A stretch of DNA of 45,857 nt. Source: an uncultured Planctomycetaceae bacterium. GTDB lineage: Bacteria; Planctomycetota; UBA1135; GCA-002686595. The notes under the pieces were generated by a model. The model saw only the letters and a program-made list of their open reading frames with translations, ran no database searches and was not told where the DNA came from. Of this stretch, positions 26,635 through 35,009 are shown in pieces. The stretch spans positions 21,454 to 67,310 of the forward strand of contig CAYGPA010000001.1 of NCBI GenBank assembly GCA_964351535.1, written 5' to 3'. Numbering within the stretch: the stretch's first letter is position 1; every line of letters starts with the position of its first letter. A program made the translations under genes and the position numbers.

Positions 26635-27690
26635 GTGCGCGCGCTGACCTTCCACGGCCCCGGCACCGTCCGCTGCGAAGCGGTCCCCGACCCCGGCCTG
26701 CTCGATCCCCGCGACGCTCTCGTGCGCGTCGAGCTGACCGCCATCTGCGGGTCGGACCTGCACGTCTACCGCGGCCACGAGCGCGGCCTCGACGAGGGCA
26801 CCGTGCTCGGGCACGAGTTTCTCGGCTCCGTGGTCGACGTCGGAGCCGACGTGGACGAGCTGCGCCCCGGCACGCGCGTCGTCAGCCCGTTCACGAGCTC
26901 GTGCGGAGGATGCTTCTACTGCCGCGCTGGACTCACGTGCCGCTGCTCGCACGGCGCATTGTTCGGCTGGGTGCAAGAGGGCCGCGGCCTGCACGGCGCC
27001 CAGGCCGAGTACGTCCGCGTGCCGCTCGCCGACGCGACGCTCGTGCCCGCTCCTCCGGACCTCGAACGCGAGGACGTCCTGCTCTCCGGCGACGTGCTCT
27101 CGACGGGCCTCTTCTGCGCCGAGTCCGCCGACGTGGGACCCGGGAGGACGGCCGTCGTCGTGGGCTGCGGCCCGGTCGGCCTGATGGCCGTCATCGCCGC
27201 GCGCGAGCTCGGTGCCGAGCGCGTCTGGGCCGTCGACCGCGTGCCCGAACGCCTGCGGCTCGCCGAAGAGTTCGGCGCGGAGCCGCTGGACCTGGAGGCC
27301 GTCGACCCCGTCGCCGCCGTCCGTCGCGCCACCGAGGGCCGCGGCGCGGACTCGATCCTCGAAGCGGTCGGAACACCCGCCGCCTCGCGACTCGCGGTCG
27401 ACCTGGTCCGACCCGGAGGAACGGTCGCCGCGTGCGGCGTGCACACCGAGGCCACCTTCGCCTTCGCGCCCGGCGAGGCCTACGACAAGAACCTGACGTA
27501 CCGCGCCGGTCGCTGTCCAGCGCGCGGCTACATGGAGCGCGCGCTCGAGCTGGTCCGCGCGCGGCGCTACGACCTGTCGTCGGTGTTCTCGCACAGGCTC
27601 GCGCTCGAGGAGGGCGCGCGCGCGTACGACCTGTTCGATCGTCGGCTCGAGGGCTGCACCAAGGTCCTGCTGGAGACCGCATCGACCTGA
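26635..27690 (+). CDS. Zinc-dependent alcohol dehydrogenase family oxidoreductase
   Basis: GTG start. 'CGSDLHVYRG', 'GHEFLGSVVDVG' and the structural-zinc Cys cluster 'CGGCFYCRAGLTCRC'. Rossmann motif 'VVVGCGPVGLMA'. Confidence 0.9.
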   Translation: MRALTFHGPGTVRCEAVPDPGLLDPRDALVRVELTAICGSDLHVYRGHERGLDEGTVLGHEFLGSVVDVGADVDELRPGTRVVSPFTSSCGGCFYCRAGLTCRCSHGALFGWVQEGRGLHGAQAEYVRVPLADATLVPAPPDLEREDVLLSGDVLSTGLFCAESADVGPGRTAVVVGCGPVGLMAVIAARELGAERVWAVDRVPERLRLAEEFGAEPLDLEAVDPVAAVRRATEGRGADSILEAVGTPAASRLAVDLVRPGGTVAACGVHTEATFAFAPGEAYDKNLTYRAGRCPARGYMERALELVRARRYDLSSVFSHRLALEEGARAYDLFDRRLEGCTKVLLETAST

Positions 27691-27696
27691 CCGGGA

Positions 27697-28683
27697 TCAG
27701 CCGTCGCGACGAAGCGCCTCGTCGATCGTGTCGAGCACGAGCTCCGGATGCGTGTAGAGCAGCTGGTGACCGGCGTTCTCGACCCGGACCTGCCGACAGT
27801 CCGGGGCCTGCTCGACGAGCTGCGGCACGTGGATCGTGGGACTGACGATCCGGTCTCCGGTCGACACGAGCGCGGTGATCGGCACGCGGAGCTCGCCGTA
27901 GCGGTGCGCCTGCTCGCGCAGGAACGGCTTGAGCAGGCGAATGTCCTCCGTGTTCGCGCGGTAGCTCGCGGGACGCAGCGCCAGCTCGAGGGGCGAGTTC
28001 GCGAAGCTCGGGGGGACGGGGAGCGGGTCGAAGGCGCGGGCGACGGATCCGCGCGCGAGCAGGGCGCCGAGCGGCGTGACCACGGTCTCGGAGAGCAACC
28101 GGCCCAGGACGGGCACCGCCGCGACGCGGTACTCGAGGTCGAGCGGATCCGGCCACGGGTGGCTCGGCCCGTTGACGAGCACGACCCCGCGCACTTGCGC
28201 CGGAGCCTCCAGGGCGGCCGCCAGGCACACGGCGCCGCCGTACGAGAAGCCCACGAGCAGCGGGTCCTCGATGCGCTCGACGCGCAGGAGGTCCAGCAGC
28301 AGGTGCGCCTGCCGCCCGGGATCGACCTCGCCGTCGGGGCGTTCGCTGTAGCCGTGTCCCGGTCGGTCCCAGAGCACGCACGTGTAGCGCTCCGCGGCCT
28401 CGGCCAGGATCGTGCCGGAGAAGTCCTGCAGCGCGCCGAACGCGCCGTGCACGAACACGACCGGGGGCCCCGAGCCGCGAGTGAGGACGTGCTGGCGCAA
28501 TCCCTCGACGACGACGTACTCCCCCCGCGCCGGGAACTCGGCCCGCGCGCGCGCCGCGAAGACCCGCGTCGCGACCCCGCCGACCACGGCCAGGACGAGG
28601 ACCCCGACCGCCACCGTCCGCACTCCGCGCGACAGGCGCCGGCTCCAGCGGCCGCTGCTCGGGCATCCGTCGGGTGCGCCCAT
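27697..28683 (-). CDS. Alpha/beta-fold hydrolase with an N-terminal membrane anchor
   Basis: 'PPVVFVHGAFGALQDF', nucleophile elbow 'LVGFSYGG', and 'ENAGHQLLYTHPE' near the C-terminus. TM segment 'TVAVGVLVLAVVGGVA'. The start is taken at ATG 28683. Confidence 0.8.
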   Translation of the reverse strand: MGAPDGCPSSGRWSRRLSRGVRTVAVGVLVLAVVGGVATRVFAARARAEFPARGEYVVVEGLRQHVLTRGSGPPVVFVHGAFGALQDFSGTILAEAAERYTCVLWDRPGHGYSERPDGEVDPGRQAHLLLDLLRVERIEDPLLVGFSYGGAVCLAAALEAPAQVRGVVLVNGPSHPWPDPLDLEYRVAAVPVLGRLLSETVVTPLGALLARGSVARAFDPLPVPPSFANSPLELALRPASYRANTEDIRLLKPFLREQAHRYGELRVPITALVSTGDRIVSPTIHVPQLVEQAPDCRQVRVENAGHQLLYTHPELVLDTIDEALRRDG

Positions 28684-28774
28684 CCGGCGCACCCTCGCCT
28701 CTCGGAACGCCCGCCGCAAGCCCTCCCGCGCGTCGCGCTTCGACGGCGGCGCCCCGCGAGTTAGGCTGGGCGGC

Positions 28775-29413
28775 ATGACGAAGTTCGCACCCCTGCTCGC
28801 CCTCGTGCTGACCGCTTCCTGCGCCTCCTCGGGCGACTCGAATCCCGCGCTGCCCCTGCTGCCCAGTGCGGGCTTCGAGGGCTGGAGCTTCCAGGGTCCC
28901 GAGAACGACGCTGCTCCGTTCAGCGCCTGGCGTCGAGCGAACGGGATCCTGCTGACCGACGGCTCCGTGCCGGGCGCGCTGCGCACGCTCGCGGAGCACG
29001 CGGACTACGAGGTGTCGTTCGACTGGCGCTGGGGTCCGGGAGTCTCGGGCGGCAACTCCGGCCTGCTCGTCCACGCCGGGGAGCCCCGCGTCTTCCACGG
29101 CTGGCCGCGCTGCCTCGAGGTCCAGCTGCGCTCCGGCAACGCCGGCGACTTCATCCTGATGGACACGGGCCTGAGCCCCAAGGGCGGAACGCTCGACGGC
29201 GTTCGCATCGCGCGGCGCCCCGAGGTCACCGAGCGCCCCGAGGGCGAGTGGAACACGATGCGCGTACGCTGCGACGGCGACGAGGTCGTCGTGTGGGTCA
29301 ACGGCGTCCTCGCCAACCACGGTCGCAACGCCTCGCGCGCGCGCGGCGCGATCGCCCTGCAGTCCGAGGGCGCGGAGATCCACTTCCGCAACCTCGTCCT
29401 CCGCCAGCTCTAG
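28775..29413 (+). CDS. DUF1080 (3-keto-disaccharide hydrolase-like) lipoprotein
   Basis: Lipoprotein signal 'MTKFAPLLALVLTASC'. 'GNSGLLVH...NAGDFILM...EWNTMRVRCDGDEVVVWVNGVL...GAIALQSEGAEIHFRNLVLRQL' is the typical DUF1080 ending. Confidence 0.85.
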   Translation: MTKFAPLLALVLTASCASSGDSNPALPLLPSAGFEGWSFQGPENDAAPFSAWRRANGILLTDGSVPGALRTLAEHADYEVSFDWRWGPGVSGGNSGLLVHAGEPRVFHGWPRCLEVQLRSGNAGDFILMDTGLSPKGGTLDGVRIARRPEVTERPEGEWNTMRVRCDGDEVVVWVNGVLANHGRNASRARGAIALQSEGAEIHFRNLVLRQL

Positions 29414-29460
29414 CGGGTCGCCGTCCTCGCGCCGGCGAACTCCGCGGGCCGCGCAACCGG

Positions 29461-30783
29461 TCAGTCCGCCGGCTGCAGCTCGATGTCGTGCACGTAGAGC
29501 CGGACGCCCTCCGCGGTCCGCGCGGGCGGGCGGATGGCGCAGCCGTCGGACGTGATCTCGCGCAGGCTGGAGCCCCGCAGGTTCGGATCGTCCTCGAAGT
29601 AGAGGCTCGCGAGGTGGCCTCCGTGCGGGGCGAAGCCGAGCGCGCGCGCGTTCATCACGTCGAGGTGGACGTGCGCGGGACCGTCGGACGCGTCGGCGTA
29701 GTGCCCGGGCATGACGGTGCGCACGCGGTAGGCCCCGCGCGCATCGGTCTGCACGAGGCCGCAGAGTCGCGGATTGGGCGCCGCCGTCGTCCCCGGTGCG
29801 TACCAGCCCGCGTCGTCGGTGTGGTAGAGCGACAGCACCGCGCCGGGGACGGGGGCGCCGCGCGCGTCGCGGACGGTCCCGGTCAGCACCAGCGGCTCGC
29901 CGGGCTCCGCCGGCGACACGAGCGTGAGCGCTCCGCGGGCCGGTCGCTCACGCAGGCGGCGGCGCACCTCGCGCCGGCTCTCGTCGTCGAGCATCAAGGC
30001 GGTGAAGTCGGGGTCGGCGAGTACGCGCCACGGCTCGGGGAGGTCGAGCTCGAGCGCCGCGTCGAGGGCGGCGAGCGCCTCGCCGAACCGACCCGCGCGC
30101 GCCTCCCGCGCGGCGTCCTCGTAGGCGCGCAGCGCGGGCACGTCCTCGGCGATCTCCTCGCGCTCGAAGGCGCGCGGCGCGCCGAACTTGATCGAGCAAC
30201 CTCGCGGACGCGTCCGCGGCGTGCGCACGGCGCGGCCGGTGCGCAGGTCGTCCACCGCCGCGAGCACGTACGAACGACGCTCGAGGTCCCTGCCTCCGTC
30301 GTCGAACGCACCCGAGTAGGCCAGCCGGCCCGCCGCGTCGACGACGAACACGTGCGGGGTCGCGCGCGCGCCGAAACGTCGCGCCGCCTCGCCCTCGGGG
30401 TCGAGCAGGTACGGAACTTCGAGCCCCGCCCGGCGCCGGAACGCGGCGATCTCCCGCCGCGACCCCGGCGCGTACCACGAGGAATCCACCTGCAGCCACG
30501 CCACGTCGTCCCCGGCGACGGCGGCGCGCACGTCCGCCGCCACGCGCGAGCCGTGCACCGCGGCGACGGCGGGGCAGGCGTGGTTGGTCCACTCGAGCAC
30601 GACGATGCGGCCGCGCAGCTGGGCGAGGTCGTGCGCGCGCCCGTCGAGGTCCGTGAGCGCGAGCGACGGAGCCGGATCTCCGGGTCGGGGCGCCTCCGCG
30701 GCCCCCGCTTCCTGGGCCGTCGCGCCGCAGGCGGGGCGCAGGCAGGGGAGGGTAGCGAGCGCGAGGGCGGCGAGGGCGTGCAT
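29461..30783 (-). CDS. Fusion protein: thioredoxin-fold redoxin domain plus intradiol-dioxygenase-like C-terminal domain
   Basis: Signal 'MHALAALALATLPCLRPACGATAQ'. Redoxin part 'LTDLDGRAHDLAQLRGRIVVLEWTNHACPAV...ATPHVFVVDAAGRLAYSGAFDD'. C-terminal part 'LTGTVRDARGAPVPGAVLSLYHTDDAGWY...VQTDARGAYRVRTVMPGHY...PAHVHLDV' follows the intradiol dioxygenase core pattern. Confidence 0.75.
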   Translation of the reverse strand: MHALAALALATLPCLRPACGATAQEAGAAEAPRPGDPAPSLALTDLDGRAHDLAQLRGRIVVLEWTNHACPAVAAVHGSRVAADVRAAVAGDDVAWLQVDSSWYAPGSRREIAAFRRRAGLEVPYLLDPEGEAARRFGARATPHVFVVDAAGRLAYSGAFDDGGRDLERRSYVLAAVDDLRTGRAVRTPRTRPRGCSIKFGAPRAFEREEIAEDVPALRAYEDAAREARAGRFGEALAALDAALELDLPEPWRVLADPDFTALMLDDESRREVRRRLRERPARGALTLVSPAEPGEPLVLTGTVRDARGAPVPGAVLSLYHTDDAGWYAPGTTAAPNPRLCGLVQTDARGAYRVRTVMPGHYADASDGPAHVHLDVMNARALGFAPHGGHLASLYFEDDPNLRGSSLREITSDGCAIRPPARTAEGVRLYVHDIELQPAD

Positions 30784-30970
30784 GGGGGTCTCCTGGAGCG
30801 AACGGGCGATGGAAGTCTGCGGAGCGGTGAACCGTCACCGGGTCATCCGGACGGGCGCGGGGCCGCGCCGACCGCTGGACGGTCCCGCCGCGGGGCCGTT
30901 AGCGAGCTCTCTCCGGGGTTTCCGACCGCCGCACTCGCGCGACGGCGGGTCGGCGACCGATCCAGGGGGG

Positions 30971-31927
30971 GTGCGACGCATCCCTCGACGACCGGCCTGG
31001 GCCCTGCGCGAGTCCGAGGCGACTCCCGAGTCCGCCCACGCCGACCGGCGGCGCTTCCTGCGCGCGCTGGGACTCGGTGGCCTGTCGGCCGCCGGCGTGG
31101 CCCTCGGCGGCCGCGCGCTCCAGCGCCGCGCCGAGGAGCGCGGGCTGCCGGTCGCGCCCGCGCTGCACGCGCGCCGCAACGCCGACGTGCCGCGCGCCGG
31201 ACGGGCCCCGACGCCCGAGTCGCTGGTGCTGCGCTACAACAACTTCTACGAGTTCGGCGAGGACAAGCGCCGCGTGTGGAGCCTCGCGCGCGACTTCGTG
31301 ATCGACCCGTACGCCCTCGCCGTCGACGGCCTCGTCGGGCGCCCGGGATCGATCCCGCTCGAGACCGTCGAGGCCCTCGGTCTCGAGGAGCGCCTCTACC
31401 GCTTCCGCTGCGTGGAGGCCTGGGCCATGACCGTTCCGTGGACCGGCGTACCGCTCGCGAAGCTGCTCGCCCTGGTCGAGCCGCTGGAGGGGGCGCGCTA
31501 CGTCGCGTTCCAGAGCTTCCACGATCCCGTCCAGGCGCCGGGACAGCGCACGGATCGTTACTCCTTCCCCTACTACGAAGCCCTGCGGCTCGACGAGGCG
31601 GCGAACCCGCTGGCGTTCGTCGCCACCGGTCTGTACGGGAAGCGGCTCGCACCTCAGAGCGGCGCGCCGCTGCGCATCGTGCTGCCGTGGAAGTACGGCT
31701 ACAAGGGCCCCAAGAGCGTCGTGCGCATGACGCTGCTCGCCGAGCGCCCGCGCACGTTCTGGAACGACCTGCAGCCGGACGAGTACTCGTGGCTCTCCAA
31801 CGTCGACCCGAACCAGCCGCATCCGCGCTGGGCGCAGACGCACGAGCGGCTGCTCGGCTCGGGACGGCGCGTGCCGACGCTGCCCTACAACGGCTACGGC
31901 GACCAGGTGGCGTCGCTCTACGCGTGA
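30971..31927 (+). CDS. msrP: Protein-methionine-sulfoxide reductase catalytic subunit MsrP (YedY, molybdopterin)
   Basis: GTG 30971. Tat signal 'DRRRFLRALGLGGLSAAGVA'. 'YNNFYEFG', 'RFRCVEAWAMTVPWTGVPL', 'GAPLRIVLPWKYGYKGPKSV' and 'YNGYG' are MsrP hallmarks. Confidence 0.9.
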   Translation: MRRIPRRPAWALRESEATPESAHADRRRFLRALGLGGLSAAGVALGGRALQRRAEERGLPVAPALHARRNADVPRAGRAPTPESLVLRYNNFYEFGEDKRRVWSLARDFVIDPYALAVDGLVGRPGSIPLETVEALGLEERLYRFRCVEAWAMTVPWTGVPLAKLLALVEPLEGARYVAFQSFHDPVQAPGQRTDRYSFPYYEALRLDEAANPLAFVATGLYGKRLAPQSGAPLRIVLPWKYGYKGPKSVVRMTLLAERPRTFWNDLQPDEYSWLSNVDPNQPHPRWAQTHERLLGSGRRVPTLPYNGYGDQVASLYA

Positions 31928-32232
31928 GCCCTCCCGCCGTGTATCCGCTTCTCGCGCCGCTCTTCGCCCTCGCGGCGCTGGCCGCCTGGTCGCGCTGGGC
32001 GCGCGCCGGGGGCGCGCTGCGCTGGTGGATCGGGGTTGCGTGCCTGGCCGTCGGGATCGACGCCACGCGCGTCCTGCTGCAGCGCGTCGAAGACGATGCA
32101 GGCGGCCCGGGAACGCGTGCCGTGACGGCGGGCGCGCTGCTCGTGCTGGCGTTCTTCGCCGCCCGCGCCTGGTCGCGGCTCGGCCCGACGGCGCGCGACG
32201 AGCCTCAGGGACCCGGGCCGGCGGAGCGGTAG
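31924..32232 (+). CDS. Small hypothetical membrane protein coupled to msrP (not MsrQ-like)
   Basis: GTG 31924 overlaps the msrP TGA (GTGA). Third-position GC is high. There are three hydrophobic segments and no histidine residues. The 3' end overlaps the convergent fdhA end by 28 nt. Confidence 0.4.
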   Translation: MSPPAVYPLLAPLFALAALAAWSRWARAGGALRWWIGVACLAVGIDATRVLLQRVEDDAGGPGTRAVTAGALLVLAFFAARAWSRLGPTARDEPQGPGPAER

Positions 32233-35009
32233 TAGCTGCCGGGGAAGAAGGACGAGGCCTCGCGGCCGGGCCCGTCCACGCGCGCGATCTCCGCCGCGCA
32301 GACCTTGTATTCCGCGGTGCCCGTCACCGGGTCGCCCGCGTCGTTGGTCAGGACGTTGGCGCGCGCCTCGGCGAAGTGCAGCGGCGTCCAGACGCAGCCG
32401 GGCCGGACCTGACGCGACACGATCGCGCGCGCCTGAACGCTGCCGCGTCGGGTGCGGATCTCGACCATGTCGCCGTCGGCGATCTTGCGGCGCTTGGCGT
32501 CTCGCGGGTGGATCTCGACGAAAGGCTCGGACTGCTTGGCGGCGAGCCCCGACTCGCGCCGCGTCTGCGTGGCCGCGTTGTAGTGGTAGAGCGTGCGCCC
32601 GGTCGAGAGCAGCAGGCCGTACTCCTCGTCGGGCAGCTCCATCGGCGGCCGGTAGTCGACGGCCTGGAACAGCCCCTTGCCGCGCAGGACGCCGCCCTCG
32701 TGCAGGAACTCGGTCCCGGGGTGGGTGGAGTCCGGGCACGGCCACTGCAGGCCGGTCTTGCCGTGGGGCCGCTCGGCGTCGAGACGGGCGTGGCTGATCC
32801 CGGCGAGCTTGGGGGCGTCCTTGACCATCTCGTCGTAGACCTCGGCCGGCCCCGCGTAGGCCCACGACGCGCCGCTCGCGTTGGCGAGGTCGACGAGGAT
32901 GCTCCAGTCGGCGCGCGCCTCGCCCGGGGGCTCCACGGCCTTGCGCACGCGCTGGACGCGGCGCTCGGAGTTCGTGAACACACCGTCCTTCTCGGCGAAC
33001 ACCGCCGCGGGCAGCACGACGTCGGCGAAGCGCGTCGTCTCGTTCAGGAACGGCTCCTGGACGACGAGGAACTCCAGGCGGTTCATGGCCGCTTCGAGAC
33101 GCAGCGCGTTGGGCTCGGACAGCACGATGTCCTCCCCCATCACGAACATCCCGTAGATGCCCTCGCCGACCTTCTTCATCATCTCGTTCAGGTTCAGGCC
33201 AGGATCGGGCGAGAGCTTCACGCCCCAGGAGCGCTCGTACTTGGCGTGCACCTCGGGGTCGTCGATGCGCTGGTAGCCCGGAAGGAAGATCGGCGTCGCA
33301 CCCGAGTCGTTGGCCCCCTGCACGTTGTTCTGACCACGCAGCGGGTTCATGCCCGCCGAGCGCTTGCCGAGGTGGCCGGTCATGAGCACGAGGTTCGCCA
33401 GCGCGTAGACGTTGTCGGTACCGTGCGTGTGCTCCGTGATGCCCAGCGTGTAGTAGATCCCCGCCCGCTCGGTCGTGGCGTAGCGACGCGCCGTCCAGCG
33501 GATCTCCTCGGCGGAGATGCCGGTCACCTTCTCGGCCTCCTCAGGGGTGTAGCGCGCGAGCGTGTCGACCACGCTCTGGAAGCCCTCGGTGTGCTGCTCG
33601 ATGAACGCGCGGTCGACGAGGTCCTCCTCGACGATCACGTGGGCCATCGCGTTCAGCAGCCAGACGTCGGTGCCCGGAGCGAGCTGCAGGTGCTTCGACG
33701 CGATGGTCGTCATCCAGATCGCGCGCGGATCGGCCACGACCAGCGTCGCGCCGCGACGCACGGCCCGCTTCATCTCCATGGCGATGATCGGGTGCGCCTC
33801 GCTCGTGTTGCTGCCGATCACGAACAGGAAGTCGGCGTCACGAATCTCGCCGATCGAGTTCGTCATCGCGCCCGCTCCGAAGGTGGTGACCAGACCGGCC
33901 ACCGTGGGAGCGTGTCATGTCGCCGCGCACTGGTGCACGTTGTTCGTGCCGTACACCGCGCGCGACAGCTTCTGGACCAGGTAGTTCTCCTCGCAGGTGC
34001 AGCGCGACGAGCTGACGAACCCGAGGGAGTCCGCTCCGTGACGCTCGGCCACGCCCCGGAGGCCGGCCGCCGCGACGCGCAGCGCCTCCTCCCAGGTGGT
34101 CTCGTGCAGCTCGCCGTCGGCCCCGCGCAAGAGCGGCTTCGTCAGGCGATCGGGATGGTGCACGAAGTCGTAGGCGAAGCGCCCCTTCACGCACAGGTTG
34201 CCGTCGTTCGTCGTGCTGCCCGGCGGCGGGCTCGTGACCTTGACGAGGCGCCCGCGCCCGCCGTCCGCCTCGCGGTCGACGTTCAGGTCGAGCTGACAGC
34301 CGACGCCGCAGAAGTTGCACGTCGAGCGCACCTTCTCGAGCTGGACCTCGGGCTTGGCGTGCCGCGTGAGCGGCAGCTTCTCGCCCATGGCTCCGGTCGG
34401 GCAGACGTCGATGCAGCCGCCGCAGAGCTCGCAGGTCGTGTCCAGCAGCGACAGGCTGTCGGCCGTGGAGATCGTCGTCTCCGAGCCCCGCCCGGTCAGC
34501 GTGATCGCGGTGACGCCCTCGACCTCGTCGCAGTAGCGCGTGCAGCGCGCGCAGAGGATGCAGGTGTCGGGCTCGAAGTGGATGTAGGGGTTGCGGTCGC
34601 CGGGGCGGCCGGCGCGCTTCGACGGCAGCTTGGTCCAGTCCGTCGGGGCCTCGTAGCGCCGCGCCATCTCGAGCAGCTCGTTCGGCGCGCTGCTCGCGGG
34701 CTGCGCGTCGGTCGCGGGCTGATCGGTCAGGTACAGCGCGAGCAGCGTCTTGCGGTGGCGGTCGATGCGCTCGCTCTCCGACTGCACGACCATGCCGGGG
34801 GCGGCGGGCGTCGCGCACGCGGGCGCGAGGCGGCGCCAGCCCTCGATCTCGACCAGGCACGTCCGGCACGCGCCGGCCGGGTCGAGCCGCGGATCGTGGC
34901 ACAGGGTCGGGATCTCGATGTCGAGTCGCCGCGCGACGTCGAGCACGGTCTCGCCCGGCTCGAACGCGACGGTCTGTCCTTCGAGGGTGATCTGATGGGG
35001 TTGGATCAC
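32205..35009 (-). CDS. fdhA: Formate dehydrogenase alpha subunit (NAD-type; N-terminal 2Fe-2S/4Fe-4S domains plus Mo/W-bis-MGD domain) with selenocysteine at the in-frame TGA 33915-33917
   Basis: Track ORFs 33915..36785 (3' part) and 32205..33902 are one frame interrupted by TGA. Read-through gives '...[36 protein letters not shown]', which parallels the FdhF Sec context 'CARV-U-HGPSVAGL'. The N-terminus 'VIQPHQITLEGQTVAFEPGETVLDVARRLDIEIPTLCHDPRL..CRTCLVEIEG' is NuoG-like. GTG 35009 overlaps the upstream TGA. Confidence 0.9.
33873..33917 (-). promoter_or_regulatory. UGA(Sec) codon plus bacterial SECIS-like stem-loop
   Basis: On the minus strand the sequence reads UGA CA[CGCUCC]CAC[GGUGGCC]GGUCU[GGUCACC]ACCUUC[GGAGCG]. 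The 7-bp upper stem includes one G-U pair and closes a GGUCU apical loop. The 6-bp lower stem is CGCUCC/GGAGCG. The loop codons GGU CUG sit at the same codon distance from UGA as in E. coli fdhF. Confidence 0.6.

Noticed and set aside
31924-32232. Calling the gene downstream of msrP msrQ
   Set aside because: It is only 102 aa with about 3 hydrophobic segments and no histidines. MsrQ is about 200 aa with 6 TM helices and His haem ligands.
32205-35009. Interpreting fdhA as a pseudogene or as two separate genes split at 33903-33917
   Set aside because: - The single interrupting codon is TGA at exactly the conserved Sec position.
- A SECIS-like hairpin follows it.
- Both halves are in the same frame with intact motifs.
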